64,000 nucleotides of DNA, taken from positions 16,522 through 80,521 of the forward strand of contig JAHFMV010000003.1 of NCBI GenBank assembly GCA_023267655.1. Reading direction: 5' to 3'. Source of the stretch: Candidatus Kaiserbacteria bacterium (GTDB taxonomy: Bacteria > Patescibacteriota > Minisyncoccia > Phycocordibacterales > UBA2100). Below, piece after piece: positions 1 to 9,742 of this stretch; the stretch's first letter is position 1, and every line of letters begins with the position of its first letter. The notes beneath the pieces are model-generated. The model saw nothing but the letters and a program-made list of their open reading frames with translations, searched no databases and was not told the origin of the DNA. The translations under genes and the position numbers were made by a program.

Positions 1-572
1 GTTTTGCGGATGAAAATCGCCATCTCGTGCATCTGCCGTGGCTCCATGGCTTTTGTCGCACCAATAGCCCACACCGGCTCATACGCGATGATGATTTTTG
101 AAAGTCTTTTCCCCGCATCTTCGGAAAGCCCCACGCGTAGTTGCTCGCGCGCCAATTCGAAATGTTCGGCGCCATGCCCACGTTCCTTTTCACCAATGCA
201 CATGATCGGCGTAAGGCCGCCGACGAGCGCCGCATCGACTTTTTTGCGCACATCGTAGTTCGTCTCCCCCATTGCGCGCCGCTCGGCATGCCCGATGATT
301 GCATACGCTGCTTTTGCGTCCTTTACTTGCGCAACCGAAATCTCACCGGTATACGATCCTTGCGCTTCAAAATGCACATTCTGTGCGCCAAAAGAAATCC
401 GCCCCGCTCGCTGCCCTATTGCAAGCGAGCGCAAAAAAACCGCAGGAGGACACACCACAACGGAAACTCCTTTCAATAGCCCGGTTAATCGTTTCGTCTC
501 ATCAAACAATTTCTTCGCTTCTTTATAGGTCTTCGGATTCATCTTCCAGTTCGCGACGATCAGGGATTTCAT
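1..572 (-). CDS. tpiA: triosephosphate isomerase (3' end beyond window)
   Basis: Not in ORF track; manual translation MKSLIVANWKMNP...GAQNVH...YTGEIS...IIGHAERR...AYEPVWAIG, open to the window edge. Confidence 0.96.
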   Translation of the reverse strand, partial: MKSLIVANWKMNPKTYKEAKKLFDETKRLTGLLKGVSVVVCPPAVFLRSLAIGQRAGRISFGAQNVHFEAQGSYTGEISVAQVKDAKAAYAIIGHAERRAMGETNYDVRKKVDAALVGGLTPIMCIGEKERGHGAEHFELAREQLRVGLSEDAGKRLSKIIIAYEPVWAIGATKAMEPRQMHEMAIFIRK

Positions 573-638
573 AGCGCGATTGTAGCATGAGCGCCCGGCT
601 GCGAAGCAGACGGGCGCATCGGTCTTTTGGCTCGAGGC

Positions 639-893
639 TCAATCGCGTCGCATCGCTGGGGCAAATACAAGCCCGATCAGGACAGCGATCACATACTCGA
701 CCACAAGAACTACGACGAAGATCCACCACGCAAGTTGTTTTTCCCCGAGCGCCCATACAATGAGCACCATCAAGATATAGAAGAACCCCACATAAAACCC
801 CCAGTAGGGATGCAGACATGCGACCAGCGGGATCATGAGGTACCGCTTAATTTCGTTCAGCCAATACTTGCTCGTCCGTCGCGCGTCTTCCAT
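639..893 (-). CDS. small hypothetical membrane protein
   Basis: 84 aa, mostly hydrophobic; purine-rich SD-like GAGGAAGGA upstream. Confidence 0.6.
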   Translation of the reverse strand: MEDARRTSKYWLNEIKRYLMIPLVACLHPYWGFYVGFFYILMVLIVWALGEKQLAWWIFVVVLVVEYVIAVLIGLVFAPAMRRD

Positions 894-967
894 GGCTAGT
901 CGTCCTTCCTCAAGTTAAACCTATCCTGCAGCCTAGCGCATTTATTGCTCCCTCCACAATACCAACT

Positions 968-1001
968 AAAAAATGGCAAGGCGACGCCTTGCCATTTTTT
1001 T
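968..1001. terminator. bidirectional intrinsic terminator-like hairpin
   Basis: AAAAAATGGCAAGGCGACGCCTTGCCATTTTTTT: GC-rich stem with A/T tails. Confidence 0.7.
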
Positions 1002-1027
1002 CCATCTCACTCAAACCCAAACAGCGG

Positions 1028-1162
1028 GGCGCGATAGATGTCTTTGCTTCGAGAGAACATCGCGCAGCAGATACTAAAGCGTGATGTCATACAGCAGTAG
1101 ATGTGACGTTAAAGCGTCCGCTCAGTTCGTGTTCGGTCCGAAGCAAAGACATCTGTCGCGCC
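1028..1162. repeat. conserved structured element, copy 1
   Basis: 24-bp closing stem (1028-1051/1139-1162, one G-T) around a core shared with 5740-5864 and 12812-12928. Confidence 0.85.
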
Positions 1163-1173
1163 AACGTCAACCT

Positions 1174-2694
1174 CTACTGCTCGCGCCACAGCACCAGCTT
1201 GTAATCCACCGAAGCCGAAGGCGTAAACGCCGGCGGCGAAAATGCGAGGAGGCGATCGTACGTATCAATGCGTTGCGCAAAGCCCGAGCAGTACGTGCCG
1301 CTGCACGTCCACTGCGTCCCAATGCGGCCGTTCGAAACCACGGTGCCGATCGTCGTCAGCTGCGTCTGTTTTACATACGACGTATACGCGCTCGGCACCG
1401 CGTTATTGCCTGTTTCTGCGTAATAATTCCTCCCGAAATATCCCGACTGCGCGACAAAAATCCCGCGCACGGTCATCATATCCGGCGATACCAGAGGAAT
1501 CGTTACCGATCGCTCGGCGATTGCGGTGAGGCCGCTGGAGCCCGTACCGGAAGAATATGTGATGTTATTTTGCAAAATAATATCCGGCGTATACGCGCCG
1601 GTATCGGCCGCAACCACCGTCACTTTGTTCCCCACGATGCCTTCGAGCCACGTCTTCGCTTGTACATAAATGATAGGACAGCCCGAGGGAATCGTGTAGT
1701 GACCTTGGTACGTCTCACTGGTGATGATGTCGTAGTCCGTCGCCCACGAGCCCGGATTATCGGTATGCACACTGTAGACGCCTTGCGTACCCGTCACGCG
1801 ATATACATCTATTGTATTGTCGGCATTTAATTTTACGTGGTAGCCGCGCTGGTCGGAGGCTCCAACAGAACTAAACGTCCCGCCCTGCTGCGAACCGCCA
1901 ACTTTCACGCGATCGATATCCAGAAGGATGCCTGTGGAGTTCGCGTAACCCCGCAGCGTGGCAAAGTTGGTCGCGATGCCCGCAAAATTAAATGACGCAA
2001 CGTTCGGTGCCCATGACCAGAGTGCAGAACCTGACCCCGAACCCCACACGCCGTTTTTGCTCTGCGTCGGCGAGCAGCCGAACGATGAATCGCACGACCA
2101 TGTCGCAACCGCGCTCTGCACGGTGGAATTGGTTGTGCCATCCATGCGAATGCCGCCGTTTGAAAAATACGGACCCGATATGACACGATCGGCACCCGCC
2201 CACACATTCGCATTGAGAAGCGCGGAATATTCTCCGACCGACGGTCGCATGTAGCGTGCGTTTAAGGTGCGCGTGAAGACAACTGACTGATCGGATTTCC
2301 CGACCGACGTGAGATCAACCCATTGCACCACTCCGCACTGCAAATTCGCTGTCGCGGTGATCGTCGATTCGCCGAGGCGGCTCGCTTCCGGATCATTGAC
2401 GATGTACGTATAGGGCGACGTGAGGCCGACGCCCGCGTTCATAATCGAAGGATTGTGCGCGAGGAACCACCGATAGTATTCAAGTCCCGCTTCGGAAATG
2501 TTAAATGCCTGCTCGCGCGCATTGAGCGCGCGGCCGTACTTCCCCTGTGTAAGCACATAACTCATGATCGTGGCGAGAAGAAAGAGAAAGATGCCCATGA
2601 ATGCAAGGACGAGCATGACGGTCACGCCGCGGGAGTAGCGTCGAGCGTCAAGCGTCGAGCTGCGAGACTTTTCTGCTTGCGTTGTGTATATCAT
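1174..2694 (-). CDS. PilX-like minor pilin with large C-terminal domain
   Basis: Prepilin-like SRG|VTVMLVLAFMGIF, then AFNISEAGLEYYRW typical of the PilX N-terminus; in pilin cluster. Confidence 0.75.
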   Translation of the reverse strand: MIYTTQAEKSRSSTLDARRYSRGVTVMLVLAFMGIFLFLLATIMSYVLTQGKYGRALNAREQAFNISEAGLEYYRWFLAHNPSIMNAGVGLTSPYTYIVNDPEASRLGESTITATANLQCGVVQWVDLTSVGKSDQSVVFTRTLNARYMRPSVGEYSALLNANVWAGADRVISGPYFSNGGIRMDGTTNSTVQSAVATWSCDSSFGCSPTQSKNGVWGSGSGSALWSWAPNVASFNFAGIATNFATLRGYANSTGILLDIDRVKVGGSQQGGTFSSVGASDQRGYHVKLNADNTIDVYRVTGTQGVYSVHTDNPGSWATDYDIITSETYQGHYTIPSGCPIIYVQAKTWLEGIVGNKVTVVAADTGAYTPDIILQNNITYSSGTGSSGLTAIAERSVTIPLVSPDMMTVRGIFVAQSGYFGRNYYAETGNNAVPSAYTSYVKQTQLTTIGTVVSNGRIGTQWTCSGTYCSGFAQRIDTYDRLLAFSPPAFTPSASVDYKLVLWREQ

Positions 2695-2733
2695 ATGGAT
2701 TTCCTTGAAGCTTGACGCTCGTAGCTCGAAGCT
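2637..2733. repeat. inverted 7-bp repeat pair (CGTCGAG type)
   Basis: AGCGTCG AGCGTCA AGCGTCG AGCTGCG ... CTTGAAG CTTGACG CTCGTAG CTCGAAG. Confidence 0.75.
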
Positions 2734-3382
2734 ACTTTAGATTCCTCAGCGCGGCTGTTGAGCGCAGGGTGAATTGGTTCGGCAACCGATTCGGATTGAT
2801 GTTAACGACGATCGTCGCTTGGACGAACCGCACTTCCGCGATTTTCGAGAGATCATTCATGAGCGTGCCATTCTGATCATAATACTGGAACATCAAGACA
2901 TTCTGTTCCGTGTTGCGCACATTGTCAGAAACGGTTGAGATCGTCTCCGGATTGGTATAAACCGGCGGATCGCTTGACGGATCAATGACACCGCGCATCA
3001 GAGAATTTCCTTGGAGAAAGAACCGCACTTGCTCGAGAAACGCATCGTCGTCAATGTCCGCATAAAATGAAAAGCTCGAGGTCGCCATCGAAATGATCGG
3101 CCACGCGCCATTCGAGGAATACGCGGCCTCGCGAATGGTCTTGATCATGCTCTCCATGCCGTGTTGCCCCGACGTGATCGCCGCGCCTTGCTCGACGGTG
3201 TACGTATTGGTGCGATAAAACGCTTGTACGGTTTGCGTGATCGCGAGCATGATCATCGTCGTGATCGCGACCCACACCATCGTTTCGAGCAAACTGATGC
3301 CACGGGAAGCGCGGCAGCCACTAGCGACTAGCCAATAGCCACTAGGGGAATGCTTGGATGCTTTTTTGATTTTGGATTTCAT
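2732..3382 (-). CDS. type IV minor pilin (PilW-like)
   Basis: Class III signal RG|ISLLETMVWVAI with E at +5. Confidence 0.85.
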   Translation of the reverse strand: MKSKIKKASKHSPSGYWLVASGCRASRGISLLETMVWVAITTMIMLAITQTVQAFYRTNTYTVEQGAAITSGQHGMESMIKTIREAAYSSNGAWPIISMATSSFSFYADIDDDAFLEQVRFFLQGNSLMRGVIDPSSDPPVYTNPETISTVSDNVRNTEQNVLMFQYYDQNGTLMNDLSKIAEVRFVQATIVVNINPNRLPNQFTLRSTAALRNLK

Positions 3383-3407
3383 ACTAGTGGCTAGTCGCTA
3401 GTGGCTA
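3316..3407. repeat. inverted 7-bp repeat pair (TAGCCAC type)
   Basis: AGCCACTAGCGACTAGCCAATAGCCACTAG ... CTAGTGGCTAGTCGCTAGTGGCT. Confidence 0.85.
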
Positions 3408-3411
3408 ATTC

Positions 3412-5175
3412 CTAATTTAGTATCACCGAAAGCCGCGAGGTCCCCGAGACATTCACGGTGGTTGATGTATACGTCGTATAGCCGGCCGCAGAGACACTAA
3501 TAGAGTACGCATTACCGCTTCCCGACGTGCCCGATGCCATGTTCGTAAAGAATGATTGTCCGCAGCTATCAGCGAGAATGGTGGTATTTGATGCAGGCGC
3601 TATGGCGCGATACACGTGCACGCTTGCGTTTGGAATCGCAGCACCCGCCGCATTTTTCACATCGACCAGAAGCGAATTAGTCGTATGCGGCGAGACATAC
3701 AAAAGCGTCGTCACGCTCGCGCTGGGCGCGACGACAACCGGCTGCGTGCTACACGACGACGAAATGTCGTACCCCGTTGCGGAAGCAACGCTTAACGTAT
3801 ACGAGTCGTATTCAACATTCGAAATTGTCACCGACCCTGGCGCGCCTGTTGATTGCGCCTGATTATATTTATAGACAGGACCACTTGGCCCGCTGCCGAT
3901 CGTCTTTGCGCCTTGCATCGTAAAGGCAAGATTTGAAAGTGAAAGCGGCCCCGAGTCATTGGAGATTGCCCATGAATCGATCGATGGCGTGTTTGATGCG
4001 TTCGATGTGGTGAGCGTTGCATGTACGGCAAGCGCGAGATACGTCGAGGTCGAGACATTACTCAAATCAATCGACGCAGCTGAAAGCCCCGCCGCGTTCC
4101 CCGGGATCTGCGCATCGGGAATGAGTGATGTGCCGGAAGAATCATAAAAACGGAACAGGATATTCGTGGAGGCAGGTTGTGCGCCAACCCATGTAAAAGT
4201 CCGCCACGATTGCATCGTCGTCGTCGAGAGCGGGATTGATATCAACATGCCTGCGCTCGGATAGCCGCTCCCACCGCCGCTCGTCAGCTGCGCGACGCCG
4301 GATGCGACGGTGATATTCGTACTCGACGCGATGACGTTTGCATTTGAGAACGGTTCCGTTGACGTGGCACGCGCGATCGGCGTAAATGATTGCACGTTCA
4401 ATGATCCGAGCGTATCGATCGCAAATGTCGATGCGGTTGTTTGATTCAGAGCGACCCCCAGATGCGCTGGTGTCGGATTCGTGTTCGTCGACGATGCGCT
4501 GTAGGTCTGCGCGCTCGAATAACCAGATTTACTGACGGTGATCTGATACCCCGCTCCTGCAGGCGCCCCCACAATGCTCGCATTCCCCGCCGTGTCCGTA
4601 TAAGTCGTAAGATCGACCGCGGGCGAGACGCCCGCATTCACGATGCGCACTTGTGCGTCTTGCACGGCTTGTCCTGTCGCGTCCGCTGCCTGTATTGAAA
4701 TCGTGCCGCCGGGGACTGATGTCTCGACACCGGTCGGCGGCGTCAGGCGCGTGACCATCGTGATCGTGCGCGTACCCTGCCGTGTTGTCCACGAGACAGA
4801 AACCTTTGCCGCCTTAAAATCTTCCGGTATGTGGTTGGTATCCGCCGCGCCCGTGCCGTCGCCTGCGTCATCTTCGTAATCGATAAAGGTGCGTCGTGTG
4901 TAATTCACATCATTCAGTGCCACACTCTCGCTCTGTGGAATAGTTCCGGAGGGAATACCACTCACGGTTCCGACGGAATTATAGGAAAGCGAGCGAATGT
5001 ATTCGAGCCTTTCATTCGCGAGAGCGATCGCGCCCGCACGCGCTTTGTTATTCGACACCACGTCAACCGCAAGCCGAAACGCGCCGACGATGCCGACGAA
5101 CACAACAATCATGAGCGCCGAACCAACAACGACATCCAAAAGCGTCGAGCCCCGTTCCCCTTCGCGGCCATGCAT
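3412..5175 (-). CDS. PilV-like minor pilin with carboxypeptidase-regulatory-like beta-sandwich domains
   Basis: RG|STLLDVVVG prepilin-like start, AIALANERLEYIRSL, S/T-rich beta domains (YQITVSKSGY, YSISVSAAGY). Confidence 0.8.
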   Translation of the reverse strand: MHGREGERGSTLLDVVVGSALMIVVFVGIVGAFRLAVDVVSNNKARAGAIALANERLEYIRSLSYNSVGTVSGIPSGTIPQSESVALNDVNYTRRTFIDYEDDAGDGTGAADTNHIPEDFKAAKVSVSWTTRQGTRTITMVTRLTPPTGVETSVPGGTISIQAADATGQAVQDAQVRIVNAGVSPAVDLTTYTDTAGNASIVGAPAGAGYQITVSKSGYSSAQTYSASSTNTNPTPAHLGVALNQTTASTFAIDTLGSLNVQSFTPIARATSTEPFSNANVIASSTNITVASGVAQLTSGGGSGYPSAGMLISIPLSTTTMQSWRTFTWVGAQPASTNILFRFYDSSGTSLIPDAQIPGNAAGLSAASIDLSNVSTSTYLALAVHATLTTSNASNTPSIDSWAISNDSGPLSLSNLAFTMQGAKTIGSGPSGPVYKYNQAQSTGAPGSVTISNVEYDSYTLSVASATGYDISSSCSTQPVVVAPSASVTTLLYVSPHTTNSLLVDVKNAAGAAIPNASVHVYRAIAPASNTTILADSCGQSFFTNMASGTSGSGNAYSISVSAAGYTTYTSTTVNVSGTSRLSVILN

Positions 5176-5272
5176 CTATCTATTGTAGCGTGCAATTCCC
5201 CTGCGCCGCAGCGTATTCAACAAAAATTCAGCCCCGCGTTGCCGCGGGGCTGACAACACTTCTGCTCGAGAG

Positions 5273-5650
5273 CTAAGTGCGGGCAACACTGTTAAAGAGA
5301 TTGGTCACGTCTTTGACGTTACGACCGACCTCATCGTTCCACGTATAGAAGAACCGCATCGACACCTTCTCCCCACACCGCAGAACAGCTTCTATCGCCA
5401 TTGATTCCGCCTTGCCGTCATCGCTCTTTGGGAAGCATTGCCCGGCGGCAAAATAGAGCATGCCCACCGCACAAAGACACCATGGAATCTCGCCCCTCTG
5501 CCCCATTGTAAGGAGCACCTCAGGGCTGAAAATCTCATGCCCCCGTTGCGTTTTGCCGTATACGCCTTGACTCCACCAATCAGGGCGATCCTCGTAGAGC
5601 GCCCTCGCTTTGTCCAGCACTTTCCGCAAATCTTTCGAACTCCCTGCCAT
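5273..5650 (-). CDS. hypothetical protein (resembles DUF6197-type W..QG...C.C..G...WND..GR family)
   Basis: Likely start MAGSSK after GGAGGA; motifs WWSQGVYG, WCLCAVG, TWNDEVGR; hairpin at 5229-5252 downstream. Confidence 0.6.
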   Translation of the reverse strand: MAGSSKDLRKVLDKARALYEDRPDWWSQGVYGKTQRGHEIFSPEVLLTMGQRGEIPWCLCAVGMLYFAAGQCFPKSDDGKAESMAIEAVLRCGEKVSMRFFYTWNDEVGRNVKDVTNLFNSVART

Positions 5651-5739
5651 GACTGTCCTCCATCGATTGCCTATTTCCAATGTCCACACTAACCCTACCC
5701 GAACGGTGCACAAAACTCAACACAACCACTAAGGAGCGA

Positions 5740-5864
5740 TGGCGTGAAAAATGCTTCGAGAGAACATCGCGCAGCAGATAGTAATACGTGATGTAATACA
5801 GTAGTAGATGTGACGTAAAAGCCACTGATCAGTTCGTGTTCGGGTTGAAGCATTTTTCACGCCA
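5740..5864. repeat. conserved structured element, copy 2
   Basis: Perfect 18-bp stem TGGCGTGAAAAATGCTTC/GAAGCATTTTTCACGCCA around the shared core. Confidence 0.85.
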
Positions 5865-5876
5865 CCGCGACACGCT

Positions 5877-7094
5877 CTAGATATTGTCCGAGAGTTGGTA
5901 GATCGGGCTGATCATCGCGACTGCAAAGAAGCCGACGGCTGCACCGATCGCAAGCATAAGGAATGGCTCAATGATCGTCGACATGTCTTTCGTCTTCCGA
6001 TCCACTTCGTCTTCGTAAAAGACTGCAAGCTTTTTCATCATCTCGGTCAACTGCCCTGTCTCTTCGCCGACCGCAATCATCTCGCCCACAAATGCCGGGT
6101 ATAAATGCTCCGCGCGCACAAAAGCGCTCGAGAGCGGCTCACCTTTTGAAATATTTTCCTTCGCCTGCCCGATGACTTTCTTGAAATAATGATTCTGCAC
6201 AACGTCTTGCACGATCTCGAGCGAGGTCACCACATCCACGCCGCTCGAGAGAAGCGACGCGAGTGTCCGCGCCGTGCGCGCCGCATTCACCTCTTTCACG
6301 ATCGGCCCAATGATCGGAATGTGCAAAAAGACGAAATCCTTTGCGCGCCCGCCCGCTTCAGTGCGAAGCGCGGTATAGATGCCCCCGACGCCGATTATGA
6401 GAATTGAGAACGCAAGAATCGTGTACTCGACGAGGAAATTCGATACCGCGATGATTGCGCGGGTCGAAGCCGGCAGTTGCGCCCCCATTTCCTTAAACGT
6501 CGAGGCAAGCGTCGGAACAACATTGATCATCATAAAGGTACCGATGCCGAGAATCGCACAGACGATGATGATCGGATAGAGCATCGCACCACGAATTTTC
6601 TTCTTCAAGACATACATCCGCTCCATCTGGTCGGAGGTGACGACGAGTGCTTGCGGCATCTCACCGCCTTCCTCGCCCGCGCGCACCATCGCGACAAACA
6701 GTTTGGAGAAAACATGCGGGAATTTTGCCGCAGCAGAATGCAGTGTCTCACCGCGGCGCACCGCGCCCGATAATTCCGCAACCACGCTGCCGAGCCGCGG
6801 GTTTTTCGTCTGGCGCTCTATGACCGCAAGTGCTCGCGCAAGCGAAAGTCCCGCAGAGAGCATCGCGCCCAAGTTGCGCGAGAAGAGAATCTTCTCGTAT
6901 TCCGGCACCGTCGTTATTTTTGAATTCCAATACTGGAGGCTGAAGACGCCGTGCCTCTTTTCTTCGTCAACCGCGAGGATGCGGCCGCCTTCATGCCGCA
7001 CTATTTCGTACAACTCAAACCGATCGCGCGCCTGCGCGGTCCCTTTATATACTTCCCCGTCGCTTTTTTCCGCCGTGTATGAAAATCTCGCCAC
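5877..7094 (-). CDS. pilC: type IV pilus platform protein (PilC/GspF family)
   Basis: FSRNLGAMLSAG, MVRAGEEGG, AMLYP, GEETGQL, IIEP motifs; likely GTG start at 7094 (ORF extends to 7133 through the repeat). Confidence 0.93.
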   Translation of the reverse strand: MARFSYTAEKSDGEVYKGTAQARDRFELYEIVRHEGGRILAVDEEKRHGVFSLQYWNSKITTVPEYEKILFSRNLGAMLSAGLSLARALAVIERQTKNPRLGSVVAELSGAVRRGETLHSAAAKFPHVFSKLFVAMVRAGEEGGEMPQALVVTSDQMERMYVLKKKIRGAMLYPIIIVCAILGIGTFMMINVVPTLASTFKEMGAQLPASTRAIIAVSNFLVEYTILAFSILIIGVGGIYTALRTEAGGRAKDFVFLHIPIIGPIVKEVNAARTARTLASLLSSGVDVVTSLEIVQDVVQNHYFKKVIGQAKENISKGEPLSSAFVRAEHLYPAFVGEMIAVGEETGQLTEMMKKLAVFYEDEVDRKTKDMSTIIEPFLMLAIGAAVGFFAVAMISPIYQLSDNI

Positions 7095-7100
7095 AGAATC

Positions 7101-7542
7101 AGTATACCGTATTCCGTATACAGTATTCCGCAAAATGCACTATGTACGAATTCGATTTGGCGCCGTGCGGATTAATCCCGTCAACATTTGCGACACGGTT
7201 TCGGCTTTCTTTTCAAGTGCAGTAAAAGAATCGCGGGAAATATATTCCAAATCGCGTGCGATGAGTAACTGGCTCCTCAACTCTGAAAGTGAAGCGAGCG
7301 AAGTCGTATAAAAATTGATCTTGTCATTTTTCGTCTGCCGCACGAATCCCTCTGCAATATTTGAAGTAACAGAAACTGCGGCGCGGCGGATCTGACTGGT
7401 TAATCCGAAAAGTTCATCTTTTGGAAAAGTCTTGCTGGCTGTATATATCTCAAGAACAAGCGAGTGACCTTCTTGCCAAACACGTAAGTCCGTAAAACGC
7501 TGGATCATGGTGCGGTATACGGAATACTGTATACGGTATACG
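7101..7542. mobile_element. inverted heptad arms (TATACCG type) enclosing a four-helix-bundle gene
   Basis: AGTATACCGTATTCCGTATACAGTATTCCG (7101-7130) and CGGTATACGGAATACTGTATACGGTATACG (7513-7542); mobility is inferred. Confidence 0.6.
7140..7508 (-). CDS. four helix bundle protein (23S rRNA IVS-like, Avd-related fold)
   Basis: FTDLRVWQ...FPKDELFGLTSQIRRAAVSVTSNIAEG family signature; likely start MIQRF. Confidence 0.93.
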   Translation of the reverse strand: MIQRFTDLRVWQEGHSLVLEIYTASKTFPKDELFGLTSQIRRAAVSVTSNIAEGFVRQTKNDKINFYTTSLASLSELRSQLLIARDLEYISRDSFTALEKKAETVSQMLTGLIRTAPNRIRT

Positions 7543-7543
7543 C

Positions 7544-9286
7544 TCACTCCGTAATCACACGCAACACCTCTTCAATAGTAGTAACTCCTTGCGAGGCTTT
7601 AAAAATCCCGTCTTCGATCATCGTGAGCATTCCCTCGCTGCGTGCTTGTTTTTCAATTTCATCCGCGGTCGCATTTTTCATCACATGCTCCTTAATGGTT
7701 GCAGTAACCGGGAGGACTTCATAGATACCGCGACGACCCGCGTACCCTTCCGGACACTCTGCCGTCGGCCCTGGTTTATAAAACGGCACGGTTTTCCAGG
7801 TCGCATTTGCGGCGACGATCTTCTCGTCTTTCAGTGCCTTGAGGACGACGCCGGCATCCAACGTGCTCTCAAGCTGCGTCTGTTCGTCGCGCGAGAGTTC
7901 GTACTTTTCGTGGCTTGGGCAGAGCATGCGCACGAGGCGCTGTCCTATGACAACGCGCAGAGTCGAGACGAGGAGGAACGGCTCGATGCCCATATCGAGG
8001 AGACGCGGGATGGCTCCTGCCGCAGAATTCGTGTGCAAAGTAGAAAGCACAAGGTGGCCGGTGAGCGCCGCATTGATCGCGAGTGATGCGGTTTCCTTAT
8101 CACGAATTTCCCCCACCATAATGATGTCGGGATCTTGGCGCACGAGCGAACGCAACCCGTTGGCAAACGTAAATCCAATATCCGGGCGCACCTGCGTCTG
8201 GTTCACCCGCTTCATTTGATACTCAATCGGATCTTCGACCGTGGAAATATTCACATCCGGCGTATTCAAAAGATCGAGAATCGTATAGAGCGTGGTGGAT
8301 TTGCCGGCGCCGGTCGGACCCGTCGTTAAGATGAGGCCGGTCGTTTGTTTCATCGCGCCATGCATTTGCTCCAAACCTGATCCGTGGAATCCGAGCGCTT
8401 CGAGCGAAAAGCCCGCGACATTATCACGCAAGAGGCGCATCACGATCTTTTCGCCGTAGTACGTCGGCAAAATAGAAACACGAAACGAAATTTTCTCACC
8501 GCCCGCTTCGACGCCAAAGCGTCCGTCCTGCGGCAATCTTTTTTCATCGAGCCGCATGTTGCCGAGGACTTTAATGCGCGCAGTGATTGCGGGCGCAGCG
8601 TGTTTCGGCAATTCCATCGCATCATGCAAGATGCCGTCGATGCGGTAACGGATGAGGAGCGATTCTTCGAGAGGCTCGATATGGATATCAGATGCATTTT
8701 GCGCGTTCGCGTGGCGCAAGAGCGTATCAACGATGCGCACAGCACTCACTCCCTCCGCCATCTGTCGCAAGTCTTCTTGCTTTGCGTCCGCACTTCCTGT
8801 TTTCGCAAGCGCATCGGTCTCGCGCTTGATGACATCGCCGAGATTGTCTTTGAGACCACGCTGGTACTGCTTGAGTGCGAGTTTCACCGACGCAGCGTCA
8901 GTGAGACGCGGCAAGATTTTCAAATGCGTTTTCTTCTTAATGAAATCGATCGCGGCGAGATCGTCAGTATCGAGCATCGCCACCTCGAGCTGCTCGTCTT
9001 TGTGGCTGTAGGCAATGATCGAATTGTGCCTTGCGACCGGTTCGGGAATGAGGGAGAGCGTTTCAAATGGAATCTGCTGCCCTGCGAGCGAGACAAACGG
9101 GATGCCGAGGATGTATGCGTAGGTGCGACGCAGTTCGTCCTCGCCAATTTTATTCTCCGCGATGAGAATATCCCCAATCGGTTTCCCGCGCTCTTTCGCC
9201 TCACGCTCGGCGGCCTCAAAATCTTTGTTCGAGATGAGCCCCGCGTCGGCGAGAAACGATTTTAAATGGGTATCAGAAATGTACAT
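7544..9286 (-). CDS. pilB: type IV pilus assembly ATPase (PilB/GspE family)
   Basis: ASDIHIEP, RLPQDGR, GPTGAGKST, EDPIEY, RQDPDIIMVGEIRD, TGHLVLSTLHTN. Confidence 0.95.
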   Translation of the reverse strand: MYISDTHLKSFLADAGLISNKDFEAAEREAKERGKPIGDILIAENKIGEDELRRTYAYILGIPFVSLAGQQIPFETLSLIPEPVARHNSIIAYSHKDEQLEVAMLDTDDLAAIDFIKKKTHLKILPRLTDAASVKLALKQYQRGLKDNLGDVIKRETDALAKTGSADAKQEDLRQMAEGVSAVRIVDTLLRHANAQNASDIHIEPLEESLLIRYRIDGILHDAMELPKHAAPAITARIKVLGNMRLDEKRLPQDGRFGVEAGGEKISFRVSILPTYYGEKIVMRLLRDNVAGFSLEALGFHGSGLEQMHGAMKQTTGLILTTGPTGAGKSTTLYTILDLLNTPDVNISTVEDPIEYQMKRVNQTQVRPDIGFTFANGLRSLVRQDPDIIMVGEIRDKETASLAINAALTGHLVLSTLHTNSAAGAIPRLLDMGIEPFLLVSTLRVVIGQRLVRMLCPSHEKYELSRDEQTQLESTLDAGVVLKALKDEKIVAANATWKTVPFYKPGPTAECPEGYAGRRGIYEVLPVTATIKEHVMKNATADEIEKQARSEGMLTMIEDGIFKASQGVTTIEEVLRVITE

Positions 9287-9293
9287 AGGGATG

Positions 9294-9369
9294 AGGTTCT
9301 AGGTTCTAGGTTCTAGGTTCTAGGGAATCCGAAGTCCTCTGCAACCTTGCACCTTAAACCTGACACCTA
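9294..9369. repeat. inverted 7-bp repeat pair (GGTTCTA/TAGAACC type)
   Basis: (AGGTTCT)x4 then degenerate reverse arm GCAACCTTGCACCTTAAACCTGACACCT, just upstream of pilB. Confidence 0.75.
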
Positions 9370-9456
9370 ATTTGTCATGCGCAGATTGATTATAGCAAGA
9401 TTTGGATGTAAGGTTGCGGCAGTCGCCACAGGGTCGCGACAAACAGGGAGATTCAC

Positions 9457-9684
9457 ATGACGATTCATCCTGACGGCTCGATGGAGCACAAAGTTACTGC
9501 ACCGCCGAAAACCGCGGCGAAGTTTCAAAAGTTGAAAGAGCGTCTGAAGGCGGATGAAGACGCCGAAGTCTATCGTCGCGTCTTCCAGATCGTCGATGCG
9601 CTTGTCGAGGATACCGACAAGGGCGAGAAATTCTTCAAGCGGAAGACCGATGGAACCATGGAAGAGGTTCATTTCTTCGTCTAG
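9457..9684 (+). CDS. small hypothetical protein
   Basis: 75 aa, GGGAG SD, hairpin at 9706-9734 downstream. Confidence 0.6.
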   Translation: MTIHPDGSMEHKVTAPPKTAAKFQKLKERLKADEDAEVYRRVFQIVDALVEDTDKGEKFFKRKTDGTMEEVHFFV

Positions 9685-9742
9685 CGACAGAAACGCCACT
9701 ATCAAGGCCGGACATCATATCTGATGCTCCGGCCAATTCTTT

